A DNA stretch of 64,000 nt, taken from positions 4,154,001 to 4,218,000 of the forward strand of contig OZ024759.1 of NCBI GenBank assembly GCA_964016885.1, written 5' to 3'. The notes under the pieces were generated by a model, which was not told the origin of the DNA, ran no database searches, and saw nothing but the letters and a program-made list of their open reading frames with translations. The translations under genes and the position numbers were made by a program. This DNA comes from Eledone cirrhosa (lineage: Eukaryota). Position 1 is the stretch's first letter; the number at the start of each line of letters is the position of its first letter. Positions 25,965 through 38,400 of this stretch are shown in pieces.

Positions 25965-26124
25965 ATGTACTGCTGGGAATTGAACTCGTGACCTTACAAT
26001 CTTAAGCCGAATACCCTAACTACGAAGCCACGTGCTTCACTCCACTCTACCGCTCTACTAACTACCACTACACCATTCATTATACTAACTATTATAACTA
26101 CCACTCTACTAGTAATATTTATGA

Positions 26125-26460
26125 GTAATATTAACTAATTATATTAACTAATTATATTGACTAATTATATTGACTAATTATATTAACTAATTATATAGAC
26201 TAATTATATTAACTAATTATATTGACTAATTATATTGACTAATTATATAGACTAATTATATTAACTAATTATATTGACTAATTATATTGACTAATTATAT
26301 TGACTAATTATATTGACTAATAATATTGACTAATTATATTGACTAATTATATTGACTAATAATATTGACTAATTATATTGACTAATAATATTGACTAATA
26401 ATATTGACTAATTATATTGACTAATTATATTGACTAATAATATTGACTAATTATATGAAC
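26125..26460. repeat. 13-bp minisatellite, ~25 copies
   Basis: ctaattatattga. Confidence 0.9.
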
Positions 26461-26647
26461 TAATAATTGTTTCTACGTAAGGCACAAGGCCAGCAATTAC
26501 ACAGTACATTACTGGTACTTTATTTTATTGACCCCGTAAGGATGAAAGGCAAAGTCAACCTCGGCGGGATTTGAACTCAGATCGTAAAGGGACGTAACTG
26601 GGTTCAAATCCTACTGAAGTTATAGCTCTGGCTTTCATCCTAACAAG

Positions 26648-26860
26648 GTTGATAAAGTAAAGTACCAGTAACGTACTGGGGTTGATAAAGTAAAGTACCA
26701 GTAACGTACTGGGGTTGATAAAGTAAAGTACCAGTAATGTACTGGGGTTGATAAAGTAAAGTACCAGTAACGTACTGGGGTTGATAAAGTAAAGTACCAG
26801 TAATGTACTGGGGTTGATAAAGTACCAGTAACGTACTGGGGTTGATAAAATAAAGTACCT
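26648..26860. repeat. 34-bp tandem repeat, ~6 copies, derived from the SINE
   Basis: gttgataaagtaaagtaccagtaacgtactgggg. Confidence 0.85.
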
Positions 26861-26902
26861 GGACTGGTGAGAGATAAAAGCTGAGATATGAAAATAACTA
26901 AC

Positions 26903-27040
26903 CTTTCTGACAACTGTTTCCTTCATAACCTGGAGCACATCTACCCCTTGAACAGATCCCTAATTCCACATTACACCTGTTGTTATCTTCACAATGACAC
27001 ACCTGATCACAGTTGGCACCAAGTCTTCCACTACTGCACA
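26903..27040 (-). CDS. EGF-like exon, 138 nt
   Basis: CSSGRLGANCDQVCHCEDNNRCNVELGICSRGRCAPGYEGNSCQK; ttacag acceptor, gttagt donor. Confidence 0.9.
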
Positions 27041-27067
27041 CTGTAACAGGAAAACATTGGTGTAGAT

Positions 27068-27794
27068 CAGGGATTGGCAACTTCTTTGCCTCCACGGGCC
27101 GGACGAACGCCATAAAAGAATAATTATGGAAAATTACACAAGCTAAAATTTAATCTCGAGTGTTGACTATACTATTCATTTCTCAAATCTTGAATTATAT
27201 TCACAAATACCTCTGAATCCTGTGATTTCCCTCCTTGAAATGATGGAAAATGCACAATTTTTATTTCAAAGTTGATGTTCCCACAACTGTAGCTTTTTTT
27301 CAAAGACAACAATATGGTTATACATTTCATTTACGAGCTGAGTTTTACCTTGAAGTTGTAAATTTAAGTTATTTAACCCTTTAGCACTTACATTATTCTA
27401 TATTTACTATTGTAGTTTCACAGTAAACACTTTATCTTATATAGTTATCTCACATAATATTGAATCTATGAGATTTTGATATTATTTATTTTGAGAAGAA
27501 TACCTTAACGTCAGTATGAGTGGCTAGTTACAGCCGGTTTGAACAGAAAAAAGTGAGAGATTTCTGGCCGGATATGGCCGGTTTAAATGCTAAAGGGTTA
27601 AACGAGTCACAATATCCTCAATAAATACCAAAGTTGTAACAGCAGGCCTTTTATTGTATTCGAAAGGCTCGTCTCTCATGTTACAATAAATTTAAATTTT
27701 AAATAAACAACTCATTGGGCATAAGTTCTTGCAGGCTGGTCGAAATCCTTTCCTGAGCTGGACCGGCCTGTGCGCCATAAGTAGCCAACCCCTG
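27068..27794. mobile_element. hAT-type non-autonomous element containing a piggyBac-like MITE
   Basis: TIRs CAGGGATTGGC / GCCAACCCCTG; degenerate TSD. Confidence 0.6.
27373..27601. mobile_element. piggyBac-like MITE; copies ~8555-8720, 8726-11437 (split by a LINE), 16713-16942, 32952-33085, 33265-33593, 34985-35190
   Basis: TTAA|CCCTTTAGCA ... TGCTAAAGGG|TTAA termini with a conserved ~220-bp body. Confidence 0.75.
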
Positions 27795-27912
27795 CTGTAG
27801 GGTAATGTCTTGTGATGGTAATGGTGGTACTGGTGGTAGTAGTGGGAATATTGCACCGGACAATTCTCGTTTCATTTTCTTCCAATTTTCTCTGTTGCTC
27901 CATGTTCATCAC

Positions 27913-28890
27913 TCATGTCTCACTCCTATAAATCATGTCACTTCTAACACATGTAGCAAACATCTTTCCCTTCCATGTCTCACTCCTATAAATCATATCA
28001 CTTCTAACACATGTAGCAAACATCTTTCCCTTCCATGTCTCACTCCTATAAATCATGTCACTTCTAACACATGTAGCAAACATCTTTCCCTTCCATGTCT
28101 CACTCCTATAAATCATATCACTTCTAACACATGTAGCAAACATCTTTCCCTTCCATGTCTCACTCCTATAAATCATATTACTTTTAACACATGTAGCAAA
28201 CATCTTTCCCTTCCATGTCTCACTCCTATAAATCATGTCACTTCTAACACATGTAGCAAACATCTTTCCCTTCCATGTCTCACTCCTATAAATCATATCA
28301 CTTCTAACACATGTAGCAAACATCTTTCCCTTCCATGTCTCACTCCTATAAATCATGTCACTTCTAACACATGTAGCAAACATCTTTCCCTTCCATGTCT
28401 CACTCCTATAAATCATATTACTTTTAACACATGTAGCAAACATCTTTCCCTTCCATGTCTCACTCCTATAAATCATGTCACTTCTAACACATGTAGCAAA
28501 CATCTTTCCCTTCCATGTCTCACTCCTATAAATCATGTCACTTCTAACACATGTAGCAAACATCTTTCCCTTCCATGTCTCACTCCTATAAATCATGTCA
28601 CTTCTAACATATGTAGCAAACATCTTTCCCTTCCATGCCTCACTCCTATAAATCATGTCACTTCTAACACATGTAGCAAACATCTTTCCCTTCCATGTCT
28701 CACTCCTATAAATCATGTCACTTCTAACACATGTAGCAAACATCTTTCCCTTCCATGTCTCACTCCTATAAATCATGTCACTTCTAACACATGAAGCAAA
28801 CATCTTTCCCTTCCATGTCTCACTCCTATAAATCATGTCACTTCTAACACATGTAGCAAACATCTTTCCCTTCCATGTCTCACTCCTATA
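27913..28890. repeat. 60-bp tandem array, ~16 copies, derived from RTE RT coding sequence
   Basis: catctttcccttccatgtctcactcctataaatcatgtcacttctaacacatgtagcaaa. Confidence 0.95.
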
Positions 28891-28987
28891 AATTATGTCT
28901 CTTTTTAAGCATGTATCATACATATCTCTCCTCCATGTGATGTCTCAATATATTATTTTAGAAACAAAGCTACACTACACCACTTAC

Positions 28988-29125
28988 CTGTCTGACAGTT
29001 GCTACCTTCATAACCAGCAGCACATCCGCCACTAGAACACACACCTGTCTGTTTGTTACACCTGCTGTTATCTGCACAGTGACATGTATATTTACAGTTG
29101 GGTCCAAATTTACCTGTTTTACACC
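28988..29125 (-). CDS. EGF-like exon, 138 nt
   Basis: CKTGKFGPNCKYTCHCADNSRCNKQTGVCSSGGCAAGYEGSNCQT; tttcag acceptor, gtaagt donor. Confidence 0.87.
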
Positions 29126-29329
29126 CTGAAAATAAAATATGAAAGTCTAAATATATTTATTAATTTACATTAATTTCTGATAGTTTCATATTTTACATGG
29201 CGGACATTATCAGAGTTTTTGATGAACAGTATGGTTTTCATCCTGGACGTAGCAGAGCTGCATGATTAAATAATTAGCTCGAAACCAGTATCACACTGAT
29301 GATGACATCATATCACCTGCTGATGATGT

Positions 29330-29500
29330 TTCTCATGGATAAGATGAAAGCTTTTTCACAAATGGGATCCTAGCACTGCAACACCAATGGAGAAAGGGTG
29401 TGGACCGCAGGGGGGACTATTTGCAAAAATAAACCTCATTTGGTCACATTGCATGAGAGTAACTTGTTCAACCTAAGAACTATTCAGAAAAGCCTTGTAT
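29330..29500 (+). mobile_element. mariner transposase C-terminal remnant
   Basis: DESFFTNGILALQHQWRKGVDRRGDYLQK* (read through one apparent indel) resembles the mariner WxKCVxxxGDYxEK end. Confidence 0.6.
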
Positions 29501-29512
29501 TACACCACTTAC

Positions 29513-29649
29513 CTGTCTGACAGTTGCTACCTTCATAACCAGCAGCACATCCTCCACTGGAACACACACCTGTCTGTTTGTTACACCTGTTGTTGTCAGC
29601 ACAGTGACAAATATTGCCATAGTTGGGCCAAATTTACCTGTTTTACACC
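29513..29649 (-). pseudogene. EGF-like exon copy, 137 nt (frameshift and Cys>Tyr)
   Basis: TTT GG- CCC AAC TAT versus TTT GGA CCC AAC TGT in sister exons; splice sites intact. Confidence 0.7.
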
Positions 29650-29901
29650 CTGAAAATAAAAATATGGAATGTTCTGCATGAGTAAGGGGTTAATGGACAG
29701 CTTCTTGCTCCTATAAATCATGTCACCTCTAACACATGTAGCATACATCTTGCCTTTCCATTCTCTTCAGCTTCTCCTGTAGCTCCATCTTCATCACTCA
29801 GTATGTAGCATATATCTTTCCCTTCCATGCGATGCAAACTTGTTACAAACATTTTCTTTCCATGCGATGTCCCAATATACTAAGTTACAAACAAAGCTTA
29901 C

Positions 29902-30021
29902 CTGTCTGACAGTTGCTACCTTCATAACCAGCAGCACATCCTCCACTGGAACACACACCTGCTGTTGTCAGAACAGTGACATGTGTTGCCACAGTTGGGT
30001 CCAATTTACCTGTTTTACACC
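29902..30021 (-). pseudogene. EGF-like exon copy, 120 nt (1-nt plus 17-nt deletions; frame restored, several Cys lost)
   Basis: Splice sites intact; reads CKTGKLDPTVATHVTVLTTAGVCSSGGCAAGYEGSNCQT. Confidence 0.7.
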
Positions 30022-30129
30022 CTGAAAATAAAATATGGAAGTCTAAATATATTTGACAATTCACATTAATTTCTGATAGTCTCATATTTTAAATGGTGGA
30101 CATTATCCTAATTCTGTAAAATTGAGATA

Positions 30130-30430
30130 AGAAAGATTGCTCCAATTAAAGAAGGAACTCCTTGTTAAACCTTCCTGATAAAGTTTATGATAAATGTCTG
30201 ACAAAGAGAGATTGTTGTGTTCAAGTTAGCTGATGGACAATGTGGTTTTACCCTGGATGCAGTAAAGCTGACCAAATATTCACAGTGAGGTAGGTCTTTG
30301 ATAAATCATGGGATTACTGCCAAGAGATGTATTCCTGTTTTGCAGACATCAAAAAGGCTTATGACAGTATTTTACAGGATCAGATGTGGAATGTTCTGAA
30401 TGACTATGGGGTCGATGGACACATCCCGGC
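30130..30430 (+). mobile_element. Decayed LINE RT fragment
   Basis: QCGF...DQIF...CFADIKKAYDS...MWNVLNDYGVDG. Confidence 0.65.
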
Positions 30431-30743
30431 TCCAATAAATTAGTCATCCCCATTTTTCCTCAACACATGATCCAGCATATCCTTTCATTTCTCTTCATAA
30501 ATATTATTGACACTATTTACATCAATCTCTGCAAAATATTGATTTCCTGCCTCTTTCATGGGGATATTTCACCGGACCATTCTCATTTCAAGTCTCCTCT
30601 GCTTTCTCTGTTGTTCCATCTTCATCAATCATGTCTCACTCTTAAAAATAATGTCACTTCTAACACATGTAGCATACATTTTTCCCTTCCATGTGATGTC
30701 TCAATATATTAAGTTAGAAACCAAGCTATACTACACCACTTAC

Positions 30744-32365
30744 CTGTCTGACAGTTTCTATCTTCATAACCAGCACCACACCTGTCTGACAGTTGCTACC
30801 TTCATAACCAGCACCACACCTGTCTGACAGTTGCTACCTTCATAACCAGCACCACACCTGTCTGACAGTTGTTACCTTTATAACCAGCACCACACCTGTC
30901 TGACAGTTGTTACCTTCATAACCAGCACCACACCTGTCTGACAGTTGTTACCTTTATAACCAGCACCACACCTGTCTGACAGTTGTTACCTTCATAACCA
31001 GCACCACACCTGTCTGACAGTTGCTACCTTCATAACCAGCACCACACCTGTCTGACAGTTGTTACCTTCATAACCAGCACCACACCTGTCTGACAGTTGT
31101 TACCTTCATAACCAGCACCACACCTGTCTGACAGTTGTTACCTTCATAACCAGCACCACACCTGTCTGACAGTTGTTACCTTCATAACCAGCACCACACC
31201 TGTCTGACAGTTGCTACCTTCATAACCAGCACCACACCTGTCTGACAGTTGTTACCTTCATAACCAGCACCACACCTGTCTGACAGTTGCTACCTTCATA
31301 ACCAGCACCACACCTGTCTGACAGTTGTTACCTTTATAACCAGCACCACACCTGTCTGACAGTTGTTACCTTCATAACCAGCACCACACCTGTCTGACAG
31401 TTGCTACCTTCATAACCAGCACCACACCTGTCTGACAGTTGTTACCTTCATAACCAGCACCACACCTGTCTGACAGTTGTTACCTTTATAACCAGCACCA
31501 CACCTGTCTGACAGTTGTTACCTTCATAACCAGCACCACACCTGTCTGACAGTTGCTACCTTCATAACCAGCACCACACCTGTCTGACAGTTGTTACCTT
31601 TATAACCAGCACCACACCTGTCTGACAGTTGTTACCTTCATAACCAGCACCACACCTGTCTGACAGTTGCTACCTTCATAACCAGCACCACACCTGTCTG
31701 ACAGTTGTTACCTTCATAACCAGCACCACACCTGTCTGACAGTTGTTACCTTTATAACCAGCACCACACCTGTCTGACAGTTGTTACCTTCATAACCAGC
31801 ACCACACCTGTCTGACAGTTGCTACCTTCATAACCAGCACCACACCTGTCTGACAGTTGTTACCTTTATAACCAGCACCACACCTGTCTGACAGTTGTTA
31901 CCTTCATAACCAGCACCACACCTGTCTGACAGTTGCTACCTTCATAACCAGCACCACACCTGTCTGACAGCTGATACCTTCATAACCAGCACCACACCTG
32001 TCTGACAGTTGTTACCTTTATAACCAGCACCACACCTGTCTGACAGTTGCTACCTTCATAACCAGCACCACACCTGTCTGACAGTTGTTACCTTTATAAC
32101 CAGCACCACACCTGTCTGACAGTTGCTACCTTCATAACCAGCACCACACCTGTCTGACAGTTGCTATCTTCATAACCAGCACCACACCTGTCTGACAGCT
32201 GATACCTTTATAACAAGCACCACACCTCCACTACAACACACACCTGTCTGACAGCTGATACCTTTATAACTAGCACCACACCTCCACTACAACACACACC
32301 TGTCTGACAGTTGATACCTTTATAACAAGCATCACACCTCCATTACAACACCCACCTGTCTGACA
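30744..32365. repeat. 38-bp tandem array (~39 copies) plus a few 57-bp units, derived from the EGF exon 3' end
   Basis: cctgtctgacagttgYtaccttYataaccagcaccaca; the array ends at a retained GTAAGT donor (GT at 30743-30742). Confidence 0.95.
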
Positions 32366-33928
32366 CCTGTCTGTTTCCATTACTCCTCTCACAGAGTCAC
32401 TTTCATCCATCCTCAACACATGACCCAACCATCTCACACCATTTCTTTTCACAACATTCATCAGTCGTCCTATCCCCATCATCCTTTTTAAATCATCTTT
32501 CAGCAGCCCTCAACTAATCCACTCGATCATTCTCATTTCCATTCTTTCCATAATTATTTAAATCTTGTGACTTAAATATTTTTCATATTTCAAAATAATC
32601 AATTAAACTTTAAATTGATTTTAAAAAGGTTTTTTTTCTTTACTTTTTAAAATATTTATTGAAGTGAAATATTAATTTCTAACATAATCACATGACTTGA
32701 CATTTGAAGTGATGGGGTGGGGGCTTAAAGTAATACTACCTAGTATTTTACTGGTACTTAATTAATCAACCCTGACAGTAGTGATGGATAAACCATTAAG
32801 CAAAATAATCACATGTTTAGGGTAACAAGGGAAAAGGGGTAAATTTTAATTAAATTAAACATATTTTTCATTCTGTCAACACCTTCCATCCAATTTTCTT
32901 CCAGAAGTTATTTATGAGGTGAGGGGTGGTGGGGGATGCACACCATCATCCTTAACCCTTTAGTATTTACATTACCCTATAAATACTATTATATTTTCAC
33001 GGTAAGGGCTTTATCTCTCATAATTATCTCGCATAATATTGAATCTATGAGATTTTGATATTATTTATTTTGAGAACAATACCTTGCTTTGCGGCACAGA
33101 GTTACTGCCCTTTGCGTTCTGAGTTCAAAACCCGCTGAGGTTTGCTTTGCCTTTCATCCTTACGGGGTCGATAAAATAAAGTACCAGTCACGCACTGGGG
33201 TCAATTAAATCGACTTTCCCCTGAAGTAAAAATTTCAATCTACACTTCGACAATGCTGTTTATTTTAACCCTTTAGTATTTACATTACTCTGTATTTACT
33301 ATTATATTTTCACAGTAAAGTCTTGTGGAGACACTGCACCCTTTAAAACCTCCATGCTTCCTGAGATTCGCCAACACTGCACCTAATATTCCCCCTCCAT
33401 ACACGCGCACATATGTATATCATGACTCACACTATTCACTTCCCTGACATTTGTATAAAATAAAGTACCAGTAATGTACTGGGTAATTTGCTGGCCTTGT
33501 GCCAAATGTAAAAACAATAATATTGAATCTATGAAATGTTTATATTATTTATTTAGAGAACAATACCTTCACATCGATATGCTAAAGGGTTAAACTTGTT
33601 AGGGCTTCAAAAGAACTTTATGAGACCCTGCACAGAAAAGTGAAAGACAAAGTCAACCATGGCAAGATTTGAACTCAGAATAGAATGGTGGTGGTGGTGG
33701 TGGTGGTAGTTGTGGTAGTGGTGTTAGTGGCAGTGGTGGCTGGTGGTGGTGGTTGGTAGTGGTTGTGGAGGTGGTGGGGTTGTGGGTGAGGTGGTGGTGG
33801 TTGCAGTGGGAGTTGTGGTGGTTGATAGTGATGTTGGGTAGTGGTTGTGGTTGTGGTAGTGGTGGTAGTAGTGATGATGATGATAATAACAATGATGATA
33901 TTTATGATGATGATAGTACACCACTTAC

Positions 33929-34066
33929 CTGTCTGACAGTTGCCACCTTCATATCCAGGAGCACATCCTCCATTAGAGCAGCTACCAGTCTGTGGCTTAC
34001 ATTTACTCTTGTCAGCACAATGACACATGTTTCGACAGTTTGGTCCAAATTTTCCTCTCTTACATC
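33929..34066 (-). CDS. EGF-like exon, 138 nt
   Basis: CKRGKFGPNCRNMCHCADKSKCKPQTGSCSNGGCAPGYEGGNCQT; ttgtag acceptor, gtaagt donor. Confidence 0.9.
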
Positions 34067-35410
34067 CTACAAATCAATCAATAACAAATATATATTTTGG
34101 TGTGTATTTGTGTGGCCTTGTGGTAAGGGTGTTGGACTTACAATCATAATGTCGTGAGTTCTATTCCTCAACTAGGTTGTGTGTTGTGTTCTTGAGCAAA
34201 AGTATTTCCATTCATGTTGCTCCAGTATAATAATAATTGTTTCTACTTTTGACACAAGGCCAGCAATTACCCAGTACATTACTGGTACTTTATTTTATCG
34301 ACCCCGTAAGGATGAAAGGCAAAGTTAACCTTGGTGGGATTTGAACTCAGATCATAAAGGGACGTAACTCTATGCTTCAAAGCATGGCGTCCGACTCTCT
34401 ACCAATACTGACAATCCACCGCTCCAGTATAATAATAATAATAGTGAAATTATTGTGTACAGTGCTCAGGTGCACTATAACTCATCAAAGGTGCATGTAA
34501 AGCACATAGAATAATGAACAAATGTCAGGAAAATGAACAGTGTATGAGTCATGATAAACATATGTACGTGTGTATGGAGGAGGGATATCAGGTGTAGTGT
34601 TGGCGAATTTCAGGAAGCTTGGAGTTCAGTGCCAGTAATAGCTGGTGATTTAACCTTGGGATGGACTGGTGCCCTGTCCAGGGGAAGTTTTGTATTTTAA
34701 GTCACTTCATGCCATAGATAGCACTGGCCTGATGACCCTCAGCACTCGAGACACACTTTAGACATTTTTTTGTTTTTGTATATTCAACAGCCCAGTCCTT
34801 CTAACTGTCGGTAGGTATCACACTGAGCAGAGTCCACTGTATTCCCCACACCTGGACAGGATGCTAGTCCATTGCATGGTATTTCACTGCTATATTATTC
34901 TATCTACTCCAAAAGTATGACAGAAAAAGTTGATTTTGGTGGGATTTGAATACCGTTTTAAAAAAGAACTCAAAATCACAACCCATTAAAACCTTTAGAA
35001 TTAAAACCGGTTATATCTGTTCAAACCAGCCATAACTGGCTGCTCATACTTATGTTAAGGTATTGTTCTCAAAATAGATATTATCAAAATCTCATAGATT
35101 TGATATTATGTGAGATAATTATATGAGATAAAGCCTTTACTGTGAAAATATAATAGTGTATATGAAGTAGTGTAAATGCTAAAGGGTTAATCTGTAACTC
35201 TACTGCCCCTGCTACTCACATCTTCCTCATGATCAACATTTAACATTGACTTCCCCTGTAACCAAGAGTGGGATGTGTCAACAGAGACCGACTCAGAACT
35301 TAATCGGAGCTACTGACCTCTCAGATGTTACTGATACATTTCATCATGACTGAAGAGGACATTCATCCATTTGTCTGGTAGATTCTCTAAAGAAATAGAA
35401 CTACAAAAGA

Positions 35411-38400
35411 GCACACACGTGTCTGACAGGTGCTACCTTATAACCAGGACCACACCATCTACTGTAACACACCTGTCTGATAGGTGATACCTTATAACCA
35501 GGACCACACCATCTACTGTAACACACCTGTCTGACAGGTGCTACCTTATAACCAGGACCACGCCATCTACTGTAACACACCTGTCTGATAGATGATACCT
35601 TATAACCAGGACCACACCATCTACTGGAACACACCTGTCTGACAGGTGCTACCTTATAACCAGGACCACACCATCTACTGTAACACACCTGTCTGATAGA
35701 TGATACCTTATAACCAGGACCACACCATCTACTGTAACACACATGTCTGACAGGTGCTACCTTATAACCAGGACCACATCATCTACTGTAACACACCTGT
35801 CTGATAGATGATACCTTATAAACAGGACCACACCATCTACTGTAACACACCTGTCTGACAGGTGCTACCTTATAACCAGGATCACACCATCTACTGTAAC
35901 ACACCTGTCTGACAGGTGCTACCATATAACCAGTACCACACCATCTACTGGAACACACGTGTCTGACAGGTGCTACCTTATAACCAGGACCACACCATCT
36001 ACTGTAACACACCTGTCTGACAGCTGCTACCTTATAACCAGGACCACACCATCTACTGGAACACACCTGTCTGACAGGTGCTACCTTATAACCAGGACCA
36101 CACCATCTACTGTAACACACCTGTCTGATAGATGATACCTTATAACCAGGACCACACCATCTACTGGAACACACCTGTCTGACAGGTGCTACCTTATAAC
36201 CAGGACCACACCATCTGCTGTAACACACCTGTCTGATAGATGATACCTTATAACCAGGACCACACCATCTACTGTAACACACATGTCTGATAGCTGCTAC
36301 CATATAACCAGGACCACACCATCTACTGTAACACACCTGTCTGATAGATGATACCTTATAACCAGGACCACACCATCTACTGTAACACACCTGTCTGACA
36401 GGTGCTACCTTATAACCAGGACCACACCATCTACTGTAACACACCTGTCTGATAGATGATACCTTATAACCAGGACCACACCATCTACTGTAACACACCT
36501 GTCTGACAGGTGCTACCTTATAACCAGGACCACACCTTCTACTGTAACACACCTGTCTGACAGGTGCTACCTTATAACCAGGACCACACCATCTACTGTA
36601 ACACACCTATCTGACAGGTGCTACCTTATAACCAGGACCACACCTTCTACTGTAACACACCTGTCTGACAGGTGCTACCTTATAACCAGGACCACACCAT
36701 CTTCTGTAACACACCTGTCTGACAGCTGCTACCATATAACCAGGACCACACCATCTACTGTAACACACCTGTCTGATAGCTCCTACCTTATAACCAGGAC
36801 CACACTATCTACTGTAACACACTTGTCTGACAGGTGCTACCTTATAACCAGGACCACACCATCTACTGTAACACACCTGTCTGATAGATGATACCTTATA
36901 ACCAGGACCACACCATCTACTGGAACACACCTGTCTGACAGGTGCTACCTTATAACCAGGACCACACCATCTACTGTAACACACCTGTCTGATAGATGAT
37001 ACCTTATAACCAGGACCACACCATCTACTGTAACACACATGTCTGACAGGTGCTACCTTATAACCAGGACCACATCATCTACTGTAACACACATGTCTGA
37101 TAGATGATACCTTATAAACAGGACCACACCATCTACTGTAACACACCTGTCTGACAGGTGCTACCTTATAACCAGGATCACACCATCTACTGTAACACAC
37201 CTGTCTGACAGCTGCTACCATATAACCAGTACCACACCATCTACTGGAACACACGTGTCTGACAGGTGCTACCTTATAACCAGGACCACACCATCTACTG
37301 TAACACACCTGTCTGACAGCTGCTACCTTATAACCAGGACCACACCATCTACTGGAACACACCTGTCTGACAGGTGCTACCTTATAACCAGGACCACACC
37401 ATCTACTGTAACACACCTGTCTGATAGATGATACCTTATAACCAGGACCACGCCATCTACTGGAACACACCTGTCTGACAGGTGCTACCTTATAACCAGG
37501 ACCACACCATCTACTGTAACACACCTGTCTGATAGATGATACCTTATAACCAGGACCACACCATCTACTGTAACACACATGTCTGATAGCTGCTACCATA
37601 TAACCAGGACCACACCATCTACTGTAACACACCTGTCTGATAGATGATACCTTATAACCAGGACCACACCATCTACTGTAACACACCTGTCTGACAGGTG
37701 CTACCTTATAACCAGGACCACACCATCTACTGTAACACACCTGTCTGACAGGTGCTACCTTATAACCAGGACCACACCATCTACTGTAACACACATGTCT
37801 GATAGCTGCTACCTTATAACCAGGACCACACCATCTACTGTAACACACCTGTCTGACAGCTGCTACCATATAACCAGGACCACACCATCTACTGTAACAC
37901 ACCTGTCTGATAGATGATACCTTATAACCAGGACCACACCATCTACTGTAACACACCTGTCTGACAGGTGCTACCTTATAACCAGGACCACACCTTCTAC
38001 TGTAACACACCTGTCTGACAGGTGCTACCTTATAACCAGGACCACACCATCTACTGTAACACACCTATCTGACAGGTGCTACCTTATAACCAGGACCACA
38101 CCTTCTACTGTAACACACCTGTCTGACAGGTGCTACCTTATAACCAGGACCACACCATCTTCTGTAACACACCTGTCTGACAGCTGCTACCATATAACCA
38201 GGACCACACCATCTACTGTAACACACCTGTCTGATAGCTCCTACCTTATAACCAGGACCACACTATCTACTGTAACACACTTGTCTGACAGGTGCTACCT
38301 TATAACCAGGACCACACCATCTACTGTAACACACCTGTCTGATAGATGATACCTTATAACCAGGACCACACCATCTACTGGAACACACCTGTCTGACAGG

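Noticed and set aside
22583-26005. 1140-aa repetitive ORF (SGLEQHEIKCLAQGH)n as a protein gene
   Set aside because: It is a 45-bp SINE-core array whose unit happens to be stop-free; it has no gene context and is antisense within an intron
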